Positions 8,322-17,601 of a stretch of DNA of 64,000 nt are shown piece after piece. Source of the DNA: Candidatus Poriferihabitaceae bacterium (lineage in GTDB: Bacteria; Pseudomonadota; Gammaproteobacteria; Arenicellales; Poriferihabitantaceae); contig OZ245025.1 in assembly GCA_965223465.1 (NCBI GenBank), positions 722,718 through 786,717 on the forward strand, written 5' to 3'. Under the pieces are notes generated by a model. The model had not been told where the DNA came from. It saw nothing but the letters and a program-made list of their open reading frames with translations, and did not search any database. How positions within the stretch are numbered: position 1 is the stretch's first letter; each line of letters begins with the position of its first letter. A program made the position numbers and the translations under genes.

Positions 8322-9707
8322 ATGATACACATTCGGAAAATTGGTTATTGTCTAGCGATATTATTACTACTGCTATTCTCGCAAAGAATAGCTACTGCTG
8401 CTTTACCTAACCAGGATGCCTACGGCAATAAATTGCCGTCATTAGCACCCATGCTGAGAGAGGTAAATCCTGCAGTCGTCAACATATCTACTTACTCGAC
8501 CAATAAATCTGTCGATTACTATAATCCTTTATTAAACGACCCATTTTTTCGTCGTTTTTTCGATATCCCTAATCAAAGAAACTACCGCGATAATACACCA
8601 CAAAAGCGGCAACAAAGCGCTGGGTCGGGGGTTATTGTTGACGCAGAAAATGGTGTTATTATGACCAATCATCATGTGATAAAAGATGCGGAGGAGGTTC
8701 GTGTTTCGCTCATAGATGGCCGGTCATTCAAGGCGAGCGTTTTGGGCTCTGATCCAGACCTGGACATTGCAATACTCAAAATCAAGGCAAAAAATTTAGC
8801 AGAGGTATCCCTGTTCGATTCAAACCAGCTAGAGGTGGGAGATTTTGTGGTAGCCATTGGCAATCCCTTTGGTTTGGGTCAAACAGTTACCACTGGTGTG
8901 GTGAGTGCCCTGGGTAGGAGTAATTTAGGTATTGAAGGGTTTGAAAACTTTATTCAAACCGATGCATCAATTAATCCGGGTAATTCTGGTGGTGCATTAG
9001 TTAACTTAAGGGGAGAACTTGTCGGTATAAATACAGCTATCATTTCTCCAGCAGGCGGCAATGTGGGTATTGGGTTCGCGATACCAATTAATATGGCGAA
9101 GAGCAGTATGGATCAGATACTTGAATATGGAGAAGTTAACCGTGGCCAGATTGGTATAAGTATTCAAGAAATAACACCTGATTTACGCGAGGCATTCGAG
9201 ATTGAAAATGGTCAGCATGGTGTATTGGTCGCTAATGTGGGCGAAAACACGTCAGCTGAGAGAGCCGGTGTACAGTCTGGGGATATCATCATTGCGGTCA
9301 ATGGCGTGGAGACCAGAACGACAGGGCATCTAAGGAGTATGATCGGAACTAAGCCCGTAGGGGAGGTTGTGGAACTGACATTAATTCGAGATGGCAACAC
9401 CAAAACCTTATCAGTAGAAATTGGTGAGCCCCTGATGCAAATCGTTCAATCGGGTGAATTACACCGGTTGCTAGAGGGCGCGACATTTGAAAACAACAAA
9501 ACTGGTAAGGGTGTTAGCGTTACGCAGGTAGCTCCCAACTCTCCAGCAGCATACAGTGGCTTGCGAACAGGAGATATTGTGATTAGTGCAAATAAGCAAC
9601 GCGTCGAAAATATCGGTTCTTTGCAAAAGGCATTGGCCAAGGATAAAGATAAAGTGCTACTACGCATACAAAGAAATGGCCGCTCACTTTATCTGGTCAT
9701 TCGGTAA
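8322..9707 (+). CDS. Periplasmic serine endoprotease, DegP/DegQ/MucD (HtrA) family
   Basis: Signal peptide present. Trypsin-like core with TNHHV, DLDIAILK and GNSGGALVN catalytic contexts, followed by two PDZ-like regions. 461 aa. Confidence 0.9.
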   Translation: MIHIRKIGYCLAILLLLLFSQRIATAALPNQDAYGNKLPSLAPMLREVNPAVVNISTYSTNKSVDYYNPLLNDPFFRRFFDIPNQRNYRDNTPQKRQQSAGSGVIVDAENGVIMTNHHVIKDAEEVRVSLIDGRSFKASVLGSDPDLDIAILKIKAKNLAEVSLFDSNQLEVGDFVVAIGNPFGLGQTVTTGVVSALGRSNLGIEGFENFIQTDASINPGNSGGALVNLRGELVGINTAIISPAGGNVGIGFAIPINMAKSSMDQILEYGEVNRGQIGISIQEITPDLREAFEIENGQHGVLVANVGENTSAERAGVQSGDIIIAVNGVETRTTGHLRSMIGTKPVGEVVELTLIRDGNTKTLSVEIGEPLMQIVQSGELHRLLEGATFENNKTGKGVSVTQVAPNSPAAYSGLRTGDIVISANKQRVENIGSLQKALAKDKDKVLLRIQRNGRSLYLVIR

Positions 9708-9723
9708 CCTAGCGAAAAAATGC

Positions 9724-9741
9724 GGGGGCTGATCAGCCCCC
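9724..9741 (+). terminator. GC-rich palindromic hairpin after the protease gene
   Basis: GGGGGCTGATCAGCCCCC is a perfect palindrome 17 nt after the stop codon. Confidence 0.45.
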
Positions 9742-9911
9742 TAATTATTGCCTCTGGTTCGAGAAAATTCTCGTTACCGTGAGCTTCTGTTTTCCGTACT
9801 GCATAGAAATTTTGCCATATCGTGGACCGTATTTAAGTGTATTCTACGCTAAATTGAAGTCACCAAGACTACACAAGTCACGTGACAACAAAAAAGTCTA
9901 TTTCTATATAA

Positions 9912-10373
9912 TCCGCTGATCTCGTCGATGGTTTTAATGATGATGTACAGTTGTTGATCTGGGATATCTAAAATTTGCAAAAAAATCGCTTTTTTAAACC
10001 CATCCAAACAAAAAAAATGCTTTTAGGAAAACGTTCTGCTCGAAGCTGAGTTAGAGTAACCAGGCGCGGGTAGGTTGTTGATGGTTAACGGTGGTGCCTC
10101 AAGCAGAGTTGCAGTCACAGGCGATATTATCGCTGGTATTCTGGTCGATAATAATTGGGCGGGTATTATTAAAGGTAATTTCCGCGAAAGCAGGAAATTG
10201 ACAACACAGAATTTAGCGTTCCTTGCCTGGCAACCACGTTCAAGAAAAGCTCAAAAGAGGGCGCAGGGAAAGCAGATGTGAATATTTAATATGGTGGGGT
10301 TTTATTCAAACCTGATGGTTACGTTTATAGTGACGCTGATGGTTTATTGGTATCAAACAAGAAACTAATTTAA
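9912..10373 (+). pseudogene. Heavily decayed RraA-family gene (ribonuclease E activity regulator / HMG aldolase-like)
   Basis: Pieces read in order: SADLVDGFNDDVQLL..*..FFKPIQTKK / CF*ENVLLEAELE*PGAGRLLMVNGGASSRVAVTGDIIAGILVDNNWAGII... / NI*YGGVLFKPDGYVYSDADGLLVSNKKLI*. These are colinear with E. coli RraA (..DLCD..ITVKCFEDN..GRVLVVDGGGS..GD..A..A..N.WEG..., ..FGGVTF..GD..YAD..GI). Lesions are: no start codon, stops at 9969, 10024, 10057 and 10287, a +1 shift in the A8 run at 10010-10017, and a shift near 10279. Confidence 0.8.
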
Positions 10374-10521
10374 CTTGTTGACAATGAAGCGTTTTGGGTT
10401 GAGCGGGTTGAGTGCCGATCCTGAAATGAGGAACAGGTCAAGGAACGCACGCCATTACTGGACTCAGTTTTAATGCAATGCATGGTCCCTGTTTACTGGG
10501 CTATAGCAGCTAACTCCCCGT

Positions 10522-10926
10522 CTATGCAGAATTTAGCTTAGCGCCGATTGCTTGTTTGACTCTCTCAAGGCGGTCGCGTACTTCCTGAGCCAATCCAGCA
10601 ATTTCTTCCCGACCAACAAGGTTTAACACGGATGTAGGATCCATGAACGCGACAATAAACGAGCCACTTTTAGTCTCCCGAATGACCACATTGCATGGCA
10701 GTAACAAACCAATATCAGGTTCAGCCTCAATCGCTTGATGCGCGAGTGATGGATTACATGCGCCCAGAATTTTATAGGGTTTGCCATCAATCCCGAGTTT
10801 CTTGGCCATCGTCGCCTGCACGTCGATTTCAGTCATAATACCAAACCCTTCAGCTTGCAGGGCATCCACTACTTGGCTTTCGATTAGGTCGAAATCTCCC
10901 TTAAGTTCTATAGAAAAGCCATACAT
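10522..10926 (-). CDS. DUF302 domain protein
   Basis: 134 aa; the pattern EGFGIMTEIDVQATMAKKLG...YKILGACNP..A..A......G.LLPCNVVI is characteristic of DUF302. Confidence 0.8.
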   Translation of the reverse strand: MYGFSIELKGDFDLIESQVVDALQAEGFGIMTEIDVQATMAKKLGIDGKPYKILGACNPSLAHQAIEAEPDIGLLLPCNVVIRETKSGSFIVAFMDPTSVLNLVGREEIAGLAQEVRDRLERVKQAIGAKLNSA

Positions 10927-11025
10927 ATTATTTCCTCTGTTTATGAAAATTGCTCGATCCCAATCGACTAATGCGTATAGACGATTTTAGCTGGATCTAT
11001 AAACTCACGAGAACAAAAGCATTCG

Positions 11026-12060
11026 CTACTGTTTCCCCGAGCTCAAATCGATGGTTACACCCTGCAACAACAGTTCCTCAGTGCGGGCTTCGGAATATTC
11101 CCGCGGCTTCATGGTCTTGTAAAAGCCACCGGCCACGTAGCGCATACCTTCCTTAAAGTGATGGGGATAGGTCAGGCTATCAAAACGGCGTATTAACTCG
11201 CCCTGATCGAACACCAACACACCTGGGCGGTAAATCATCTCATACTTTCGTGCCATTGCCTGCGGCGTGGTGCTGCTGCCATCAACGTCCATGATCTTGC
11301 CATCAGAATCCGCATCCAGGCGCACCAGGGTAAAGGGTTGTAGTTCCTTCTGTACCTGCGGGTGAGCCAGGATGCTGTCGTGAAATTCGTTACAGTCGTA
11401 ACAACTCCCATCCTCAAATATAACAGCCAGTGGTCCGTTGACGGATGAAAGGTCAGTCACTTTTGTGAATAGCGCATTGTCGCGAAGGGTATATACGTCT
11501 TTAGCCAGCTTGCTTTCCATGTAGTCTACCAGCGAACCTTGCTCATAGGCTCTTTCCGCCACATAATTCAATACTTCCTGGAAGCGTGCTGGGTTTCGAT
11601 AACCATTCACTCTCACAACGGTCTTGTTATCACTGTTGAGAAACACGATAGCGGGGGTAGCGCGTACTTTGAGCATTTCCGACAGTTCTTTCTCTGTAAC
11701 GCTGATTTCTTTACTAAACACGATTTCTCGATCACCCGCTACGTTAATGGCAATGGTATCAAAATGTTCCTGGATGAAGGAAGTGTATGGCTCAGATTCA
11801 AAGGACTCTACCAGCATTCGGTCACAGTAAGGGCAGCCATTGAGCTGAAAAAACAACATGACGTGACGATTCTCCGCGGTGGCTTCATCCACGTCATCCT
11901 GAATCTCAAGGAAACTTTCCTTGAACCAGGTGGGTACAGAATGTGCAATCCCACCGGTGATTTCACCACGCTTTGTTGGTTCTGCCGCCTGACCACTGGC
12001 TATATTAAAACCCAACATCAGCGCGAATATAGTCAACCATCTGGATGTAATTATTTTCAT
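11026..12060 (-). CDS. Secreted protein with two tandem thioredoxin-fold domains (CPYC and CYDC motifs)
   Basis: The ATG at 12060 is preceded by AGGAG and followed by a signal peptide (MKIITSRWLTIFALMLGFNIASGQA). Domain 1 carries NGCPYCDRM and domain 2 carries DGSCYDCNEF. The upstream start at 12096 is rejected. Confidence 0.75.
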   Translation of the reverse strand: MKIITSRWLTIFALMLGFNIASGQAAEPTKRGEITGGIAHSVPTWFKESFLEIQDDVDEATAENRHVMLFFQLNGCPYCDRMLVESFESEPYTSFIQEHFDTIAINVAGDREIVFSKEISVTEKELSEMLKVRATPAIVFLNSDNKTVVRVNGYRNPARFQEVLNYVAERAYEQGSLVDYMESKLAKDVYTLRDNALFTKVTDLSSVNGPLAVIFEDGSCYDCNEFHDSILAHPQVQKELQPFTLVRLDADSDGKIMDVDGSSTTPQAMARKYEMIYRPGVLVFDQGELIRRFDSLTYPHHFKEGMRYVAGGFYKTMKPREYSEARTEELLLQGVTIDLSSGKQ

Positions 12061-12246
12061 GTAGGCTCCTAAATATATATCGTGTGCTTGATACAATCAT
12101 ACAGCGTCTTAATTAATCACACAAAAAAAATAGTTGATTGGCGGGGAATACTTATTTATGGCGTAATAATCTTTTAATCAGGTTCTTCAAGTTTTCGAAT
12201 ACCGGTCGTAATCCATGCATAATCCTCTCTTCCACTACATAACAAT

Positions 12247-13191
12247 ATGAATAAAATAGCGAAACAGCCACTTCTGCTACTCCTGGCCTCCCTGTCGGGT
12301 GGTATTTTTAGCACCCCAGCGCTTGCAGAATATCAGCTCAAGGTACAACAAGTCACCGATAAAATTTATGCCTTGGTAGGTGAACTTGATCAGCGTTCTC
12401 CAGAAAACTACGCTAATAATTCCACGCATGGTGTCATCATCACTGACGAGGGGGTTATCCTGATCGACCCAGGTGGTAGCTACCTGGGAGCGAAACAAAT
12501 ACATGAGGCGATCAAGCGCTTGACCGATAAGCCGGTCAAACTGGTAATTAATACCGGGGGGCAGGACCATCGTTGGCTGGGGAATGGTTATTTCAAGGAG
12601 CAAGGTGCGCACATCATCGCTTCAAGTAAAGCAGTCGAGGATCATCATGCACGCGTCGATGAGCATTTCAATCGCCTAAGCGGACTGATTGGAGAATCAC
12701 TTGCCGGAACCGAGCCGGTTTACGCCGACGAGCTATTTGATACCGACAAAATGCTAAATTTTGGAGGTATCGAACTGGAACTGCACTACGCAGGCCCTGC
12801 GCATACTCTGGGTGACATTTTCGTCTGGATGCCGGAACAAAAAGTGATGTTCAGCGGTGACATCGTTTACGTAGAGCGGGCGCTGGGAACAGGCCCAGCT
12901 AAAAATCTGAAAAGCTGGATCCAAGTGTTTGATGCGATGGCAGCATACCAACCCGAACACGTCATACCGGGGCACGGCCCGGCAACAGACTTGGCGACCG
13001 CCACCCGAGATACCTATGACTACCTTCGTTACCTGTACGACAATATCAGCCGGATGCTGGAAGAGGGCGCAGATATAATGGAAGCGACTGATCTGGACCA
13101 ATCTCGTTTTAGTTACCTGAAAGTATTCGACCAGATCGCCCGAAGAAACGCGCAAAACCTTTACGAACAGCTTGAGTTCGACTCTTTTTAA
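12247..13191 (+). CDS. Secreted metallo-beta-lactamase-fold hydrolase with a degenerate HxHxDH motif (GGQDHR)
   Basis: Signal peptide present. INTGGQDHRW sits in place of HxHxDH; downstream are HTLGD and PGHG. 314 aa. Confidence 0.75.
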   Translation: MNKIAKQPLLLLLASLSGGIFSTPALAEYQLKVQQVTDKIYALVGELDQRSPENYANNSTHGVIITDEGVILIDPGGSYLGAKQIHEAIKRLTDKPVKLVINTGGQDHRWLGNGYFKEQGAHIIASSKAVEDHHARVDEHFNRLSGLIGESLAGTEPVYADELFDTDKMLNFGGIELELHYAGPAHTLGDIFVWMPEQKVMFSGDIVYVERALGTGPAKNLKSWIQVFDAMAAYQPEHVIPGHGPATDLATATRDTYDYLRYLYDNISRMLEEGADIMEATDLDQSRFSYLKVFDQIARRNAQNLYEQLEFDSF

Positions 13192-13378
13192 GTCTGCTTA
13201 ATTAATTGATTTAGTGCAGCTGAAATTTAACTGATCGGGTAATCAATCTCCTCTAACTGCTCAATGTTGGCGTAGGGTTCCTTTCAAATACTATATTGGC
13301 GTTAAAATCATACGTGCATTGACCGATATGACTGGTTGTATTCGCCTTGATTCCGCTTCTGCCAACCAAAGGCGGCAA

Positions 13379-14287
13379 TCATGAACTGTCTGTCAACGCA
13401 GGGTGGGTGCGGGTTTTGTCGATCATAAAATCTAAAAAAGCACGGGTTTTTAAAGGGAGGTATTTTCGATCGGGATAAACTAATTTTAATGGTAAGGATG
13501 AAAGCCTGTAATCGTTGAGCACAGTTTGTAATCGGCCAGCGTCGATATCATCGTGGATCATCCACCACGGAAGAACGGCCAATCCATTCCCAGCCAGCAG
13601 CAGTCCGTGTTGAAACTCGCCAACATTACATAGAAATTTTCCCGATACAGGCACGCGGATAGTTTGGTCATCTTTGAAGAACGTCCATACGGCTGGGGTT
13701 TCACCTACTGAATATAGTAAACACACATGCTCGCGGAGATCATCGGGGTTTTGCGGTATGCCTCGCTCTTGCAGGTAGTCGGGTGTTGCAACGACGTGCA
13801 GACGGTTGCTGCACAAGGGCTTGGCAATTAGCGAGCTGTCTTTGAAGGCACTGGCCCTAATGGCGACATCGATACCCTCTGAGACCATGTTACGATGTTG
13901 ATTATCGAATAACATGTCTAGTTTCACCATAGGGTGCTTTTCGCTGAATTCCTGGATTAAGGTTAATAGAATGCGATTGGCAAAATCTACTGGTGCAGTG
14001 ATGCGCAGTAGTCCTTTGGGCTGTGCGCTGTGCTCGCGAACGAGGGTGTCCGCTGCATCAACAGCATCTAGAACCCCCAAACATTGGGTGTAGTAAACCT
14101 TACCCTCTTCGGTTAATGATTGCTTGCGGCTGCTACGGACCAGGAGCCGAATACCTAGTAACTCCTCCAGGGCCGCTAGACGCTTGCTGATGGTGGCCTG
14201 AGTGGTATTCAGCTCACGCGCCACCGCGGAGAAACTACCGGTTTCAGCTATTCTCACAAAAGCACGTATTGCGCTCAATTGATCCAT
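13379..14287 (-). CDS. LysR-family transcriptional regulator
   Basis: N-terminal wHTH (MDQLSAIRAFVRIAETGSFSAVARELNTTQATISKRLAALEELLG) plus a substrate-binding domain. It lies 2 nt downstream of the pirin gene on the same strand. Confidence 0.9.
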   Translation of the reverse strand: MDQLSAIRAFVRIAETGSFSAVARELNTTQATISKRLAALEELLGIRLLVRSSRKQSLTEEGKVYYTQCLGVLDAVDAADTLVREHSAQPKGLLRITAPVDFANRILLTLIQEFSEKHPMVKLDMLFDNQHRNMVSEGIDVAIRASAFKDSSLIAKPLCSNRLHVVATPDYLQERGIPQNPDDLREHVCLLYSVGETPAVWTFFKDDQTIRVPVSGKFLCNVGEFQHGLLLAGNGLAVLPWWMIHDDIDAGRLQTVLNDYRLSSLPLKLVYPDRKYLPLKTRAFLDFMIDKTRTHPALTDSS

Positions 14288-14289
14288 GA

Positions 14290-15168
14290 TTAGTGCTCCG
14301 GCAGAGGGATGTATTCAAGTTCATCACCCGGTACTTTGTCAAAGCGACCTTCTCGCCAATCAAGTTTTGCCTGCTCAATACGCTCCTTGCGACTGGAGAT
14401 GAAATTCCACCACATAAATCGTGGTCCAACTGGTGTGCCACCAATGAACACAATACGACTATTTTCGCGTGCGCTGATCACGCCGTCAGCCCTCGGGTTA
14501 AGAATCGCCAGTGTGTGCTCGGAAACCATCTCACCTGAGATCTCCAAACAGCCTTGCGCCACATAAACCGCCAGTTCCTCGGCCTTATCTGGGAACATAA
14601 TCTGTTGCCCGGGCCCCAAACAGGCTTCCAAATACAGGGTGTCAGTAAAGGTTTTAACTGGAGAGGTCATACCAAAGGCCCTGCCCATCATGACCGTCAC
14701 CGTTACGCCATTGATGCTTAGCGTTGGGATATCTGTCGACGGATAATGTAAGAATTGCGGCGTGGTTTCCTCTTCGGATTCTGGTAAAGCCAACCATAAC
14801 TGTAAACCATGTAGGCGACTCTCGTATTGCACCGAGTCTTCGCTTTCTCGTTCAGAATGTACGATACCGCTACCCGCCACCATTAAATTAATATCGCCTG
14901 GGTGGATCAACTGCTTATGACCCAAGGAATCACGATGTAGAATTTCACCTTCAAACAAGTAGGTTACGGTTGCCAGATTAATATGAGGATGTGGTCTTAC
15001 CGAAACGCCCGGGCCAGGTTTGAAATTAACCGGCCCCATATGATCGAAAAAGACCCACGGGCCGACCGCACGTTGTTTGGCGCTGGGTAATAATCGGCGT
15101 ACGGAAAACTCACCAAGATCAGCGATTTTTGGGGAAACGAGATTAACCAATAATTGTTTTGTGTGCAT
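14290..15168 (-). CDS. Pirin-family bicupin protein
   Basis: VRRLLPS....VGPWVFFDHMGP, HPHINLATVTYLFEGEILHRDSLG and AGSGIVHSE are typical pirin N-terminal cupin metal-site contexts. 292 aa. Confidence 0.9.
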   Translation of the reverse strand: MHTKQLLVNLVSPKIADLGEFSVRRLLPSAKQRAVGPWVFFDHMGPVNFKPGPGVSVRPHPHINLATVTYLFEGEILHRDSLGHKQLIHPGDINLMVAGSGIVHSERESEDSVQYESRLHGLQLWLALPESEEETTPQFLHYPSTDIPTLSINGVTVTVMMGRAFGMTSPVKTFTDTLYLEACLGPGQQIMFPDKAEELAVYVAQGCLEISGEMVSEHTLAILNPRADGVISARENSRIVFIGGTPVGPRFMWWNFISSRKERIEQAKLDWREGRFDKVPGDELEYIPLPEH

Positions 15169-15270
15169 AAGAATGCCCTAATTGCAGATTATTTCTTCCA
15201 CTCCCAAATTATTAGCTTGAAAGCGGTGTCCAATTTTTGCCACGCAAACTATTAAAACGGGGATCGTTTA

Positions 15271-15291
15271 ATTATTCTATATAAGAATAAT
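15271..15291. promoter_or_regulatory. Perfect 8-5-8 palindrome in the pirin/MBL divergent promoter (candidate LysR T-N11-A box)
   Basis: ATTATTCT-ATATA-AGAATAAT. The inner part, TTCTATATAAGAA, fits T-N11-A. It lies between divergent genes starting at 15168 (-) and 15372 (+). Confidence 0.35.
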
Positions 15292-15371
15292 AGCTATAAT
15301 TATTTGCCTATTATATTCTTTAAAGAATTTTCTCATAATACCTCAACCCTTTCAAATAACCGAGGTAAAAC

Positions 15372-16346
15372 ATGAAAACACATTTCCTAACAACCGCCAT
15401 GTATCTGTTTATGGTTACCTTTACCATGAATGCTCATGCGGAACAGGAACCCGTGTGGGATGCCAACAAAGTTGTCATGACATCAGAAAAACTAGCAGAT
15501 GGTGTGTATGCCTACTATTCGAGTGAGGCCAAGGCTAAAGAATCCAAAGGCTTGCCCGTTGCGACCAGTGGTGGCTTTGTCGTTGGGGAAAAAGGGGTCT
15601 TGATGATCGACACCATGCTTAATCGACGTTTGCACGAACAGGTTAAAGCGCTGATCAGAAAGGAAACCGATAAACCAATCAGCTTTGCGGTTAATACCAG
15701 CTTTCATGGCGACCATTCCTATGGAAATATGTATTTGCTAAAAAGTACAAACATCATCCAACATGTGGTGACGAAAAATTACATCGATTCACATTTTGCG
15801 GGAGACACCCAGTTCATGATGCAAAACTTCGGTAAAGGCCGCGGGATAGAAGAGATTCAACCCACGCCACCGGATATTCTAATACCTGAAAGCGGTAAGC
15901 TGATTCTAGACCTAGGTGGCAAGCAGGTTGAGATCATAGATTTTGGGTTTGCCCAAACAGGTGGCGACCTGTTTATCTGGGCGCCAGAGTCAAAAGTTAT
16001 GTGGACGGGTAATCCTATTATTACCATTAAGCCATCTCTGCCTTGGTTGTTGGGTGGTCATTTGGTCGAAACATTGACTTCCTTGCAAAAAGTCTATGAT
16101 TTTCTGCCAGCGGATGCGCGCGTGGTTCCTGGGCACGGCTCAGTCATGCTACGTGAAGATTTGAAATGGCATATCGATTACTTGACGAAGGTAAAAGATC
16201 AGGTTCAGGCCGCGATAGATGAAGGCTTAACGCTTGGAGAAACCGTGCAAAAGGTCACCATGGATGAGTTCACAGGTTATGCGCTATATGGCTGGGTGCA
16301 TCCACAATTGAATGTACCAGCCGCTTATAATGACCTTCGTCAATAA
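15372..16346 (+). CDS. Secreted metallo-beta-lactamase-fold hydrolase (SxHxDH variant motif)
   Basis: Signal peptide present. NTSFHGDHSYGN, FAQTGGDLFIW and PGHG motifs. 324 aa. A distant paralogue of 12247-13191. Confidence 0.75.
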   Translation: MKTHFLTTAMYLFMVTFTMNAHAEQEPVWDANKVVMTSEKLADGVYAYYSSEAKAKESKGLPVATSGGFVVGEKGVLMIDTMLNRRLHEQVKALIRKETDKPISFAVNTSFHGDHSYGNMYLLKSTNIIQHVVTKNYIDSHFAGDTQFMMQNFGKGRGIEEIQPTPPDILIPESGKLILDLGGKQVEIIDFGFAQTGGDLFIWAPESKVMWTGNPIITIKPSLPWLLGGHLVETLTSLQKVYDFLPADARVVPGHGSVMLREDLKWHIDYLTKVKDQVQAAIDEGLTLGETVQKVTMDEFTGYALYGWVHPQLNVPAAYNDLRQ

Positions 16347-16436
16347 CCCAGGGACTGGCAGGAGTAAGCCGAGCATTCTGTATGTATGGGCCTACCATCT
16401 GATTTAAATACGCAAACAAATATTGTAGGTGACTTT

Positions 16437-17279
16437 ATGAAACGTGAAATTAAACAAATTTTGACGCCAGTGGCTACTCAGGACGGGGCGGGCGTAAAGC
16501 TAAATCGCCTGTTTCCAATTGCTGAACTCGATAATGTTGATCCCTTCCTGCTGTTTGACCACTTTGGCTCAGACAACCCGGATGATTTTATCGCTGGATT
16601 TCCCATGCACCCGCATCGAGGGATAGAAACCGTAACTTACATGCTGGAAGGTCGCGTTAAACACAGTGACAGCACCGGACACTCAGGCGTTATTGAAGCG
16701 GGCGATGTTCAGTGGATGAGTGCCGGTCGAGGTATCATGCACGAGGAAATGCCGGAAAGGGCTGAAGGTCGATTAAGTGGGTTTCAGCTGTGGGTAAATT
16801 TGGCAGCTAAGGAAAAAATGAAACCCGCAGCGTACCAAGAGTTCAAGGCCAGTGAGATTATCGAATTTAATCACGAAGGCCATCGTATTCGCTTGGTGAG
16901 TGGTTCTTTATTAGGACGTGAAGGTGTCGTAACTGGTGTTAGTACCGCGCCCATCTACGCCGATATAACGATGCGAATGGGTGAATTAAAATTGGATTTA
17001 CCCCAAGCGCATAATGCGTTTCTGTACTTGTTTGAAGGGAGTGTGGGCGTGATCAATCAGGCGGGTGAAACTAAATCTGTTGCCGCACCAAAATTGATTA
17101 CCCTAACCCGCGGCTCTCGTTTACATTTAAGTACCAAGCAACAGGGTCGCTTCATGTTGGCTGCAGCAAGAAAAATTGGCGAACCGATCAAACGCTGGGG
17201 GCCGTTTGTAATGAATACGCGTGAAGAGATCGAGCGAACATTACAAGAAATGCGAAATGGAACGTTCCCACCTGACTAA
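16437..17279 (+). CDS. Pirin-family bicupin protein (second copy)
   Basis: FLLFDHFG, HPHRGIETVTYMLEGRVKHSDSTG and AGRGIMHEE motifs. Start taken at the ATG at 16437 (MKREIKQ), though the start is uncertain. Confidence 0.88.
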   Translation: MKREIKQILTPVATQDGAGVKLNRLFPIAELDNVDPFLLFDHFGSDNPDDFIAGFPMHPHRGIETVTYMLEGRVKHSDSTGHSGVIEAGDVQWMSAGRGIMHEEMPERAEGRLSGFQLWVNLAAKEKMKPAAYQEFKASEIIEFNHEGHRIRLVSGSLLGREGVVTGVSTAPIYADITMRMGELKLDLPQAHNAFLYLFEGSVGVINQAGETKSVAAPKLITLTRGSRLHLSTKQQGRFMLAAARKIGEPIKRWGPFVMNTREEIERTLQEMRNGTFPPD

Positions 17280-17525
17280 GCGGGAAAATAACTGAATATA
17301 TATCTAAACTACTATCTTAGGTAAATTATATAAGTATTTGATATTTATTGTGTAGATATGGCTTTACTACCACTTAATCATTAGAGTATTTGTTATCTCT
17401 TTTAAAAACTACGTCCCGGAACTGTTACAAATATTGGGCGCTAGTTCTTATCCGATCTCGTATTTTAGAATGCCGATACAGTAAAAAATATGGCGTATGG
17501 GGTCGTCAATTTGTAATCAACCGTG

Positions 17526-17601
17526 TTACTTGAGAGCAATTAAAACAATTAGCCTACTTCAAATTACTTGAGAGCAATTAAAACAATTAGCCTACTTCAA
17601 A
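17526..17601. repeat. Perfect 38-bp tandem duplication spanning the stop codon of the multicopper oxidase gene
   Basis: TTACTTGAGAGCAATTAAAACAATTAGCCTACTTCAAA occurs at 17526-17563 and again at 17564-17601. Each copy holds the last 4 codons, the stop and 20 nt of 3' flank of the minus-strand gene. Confidence 0.95.

Noticed and set aside
17526-17601. The 38-bp tandem repeat as a minimal CRISPR array or other repeat locus.
   Set aside because: There are only two abutting copies with no spacer. The repeat contains the 3' end of a coding sequence, and no cas genes are present. It is a simple duplication.
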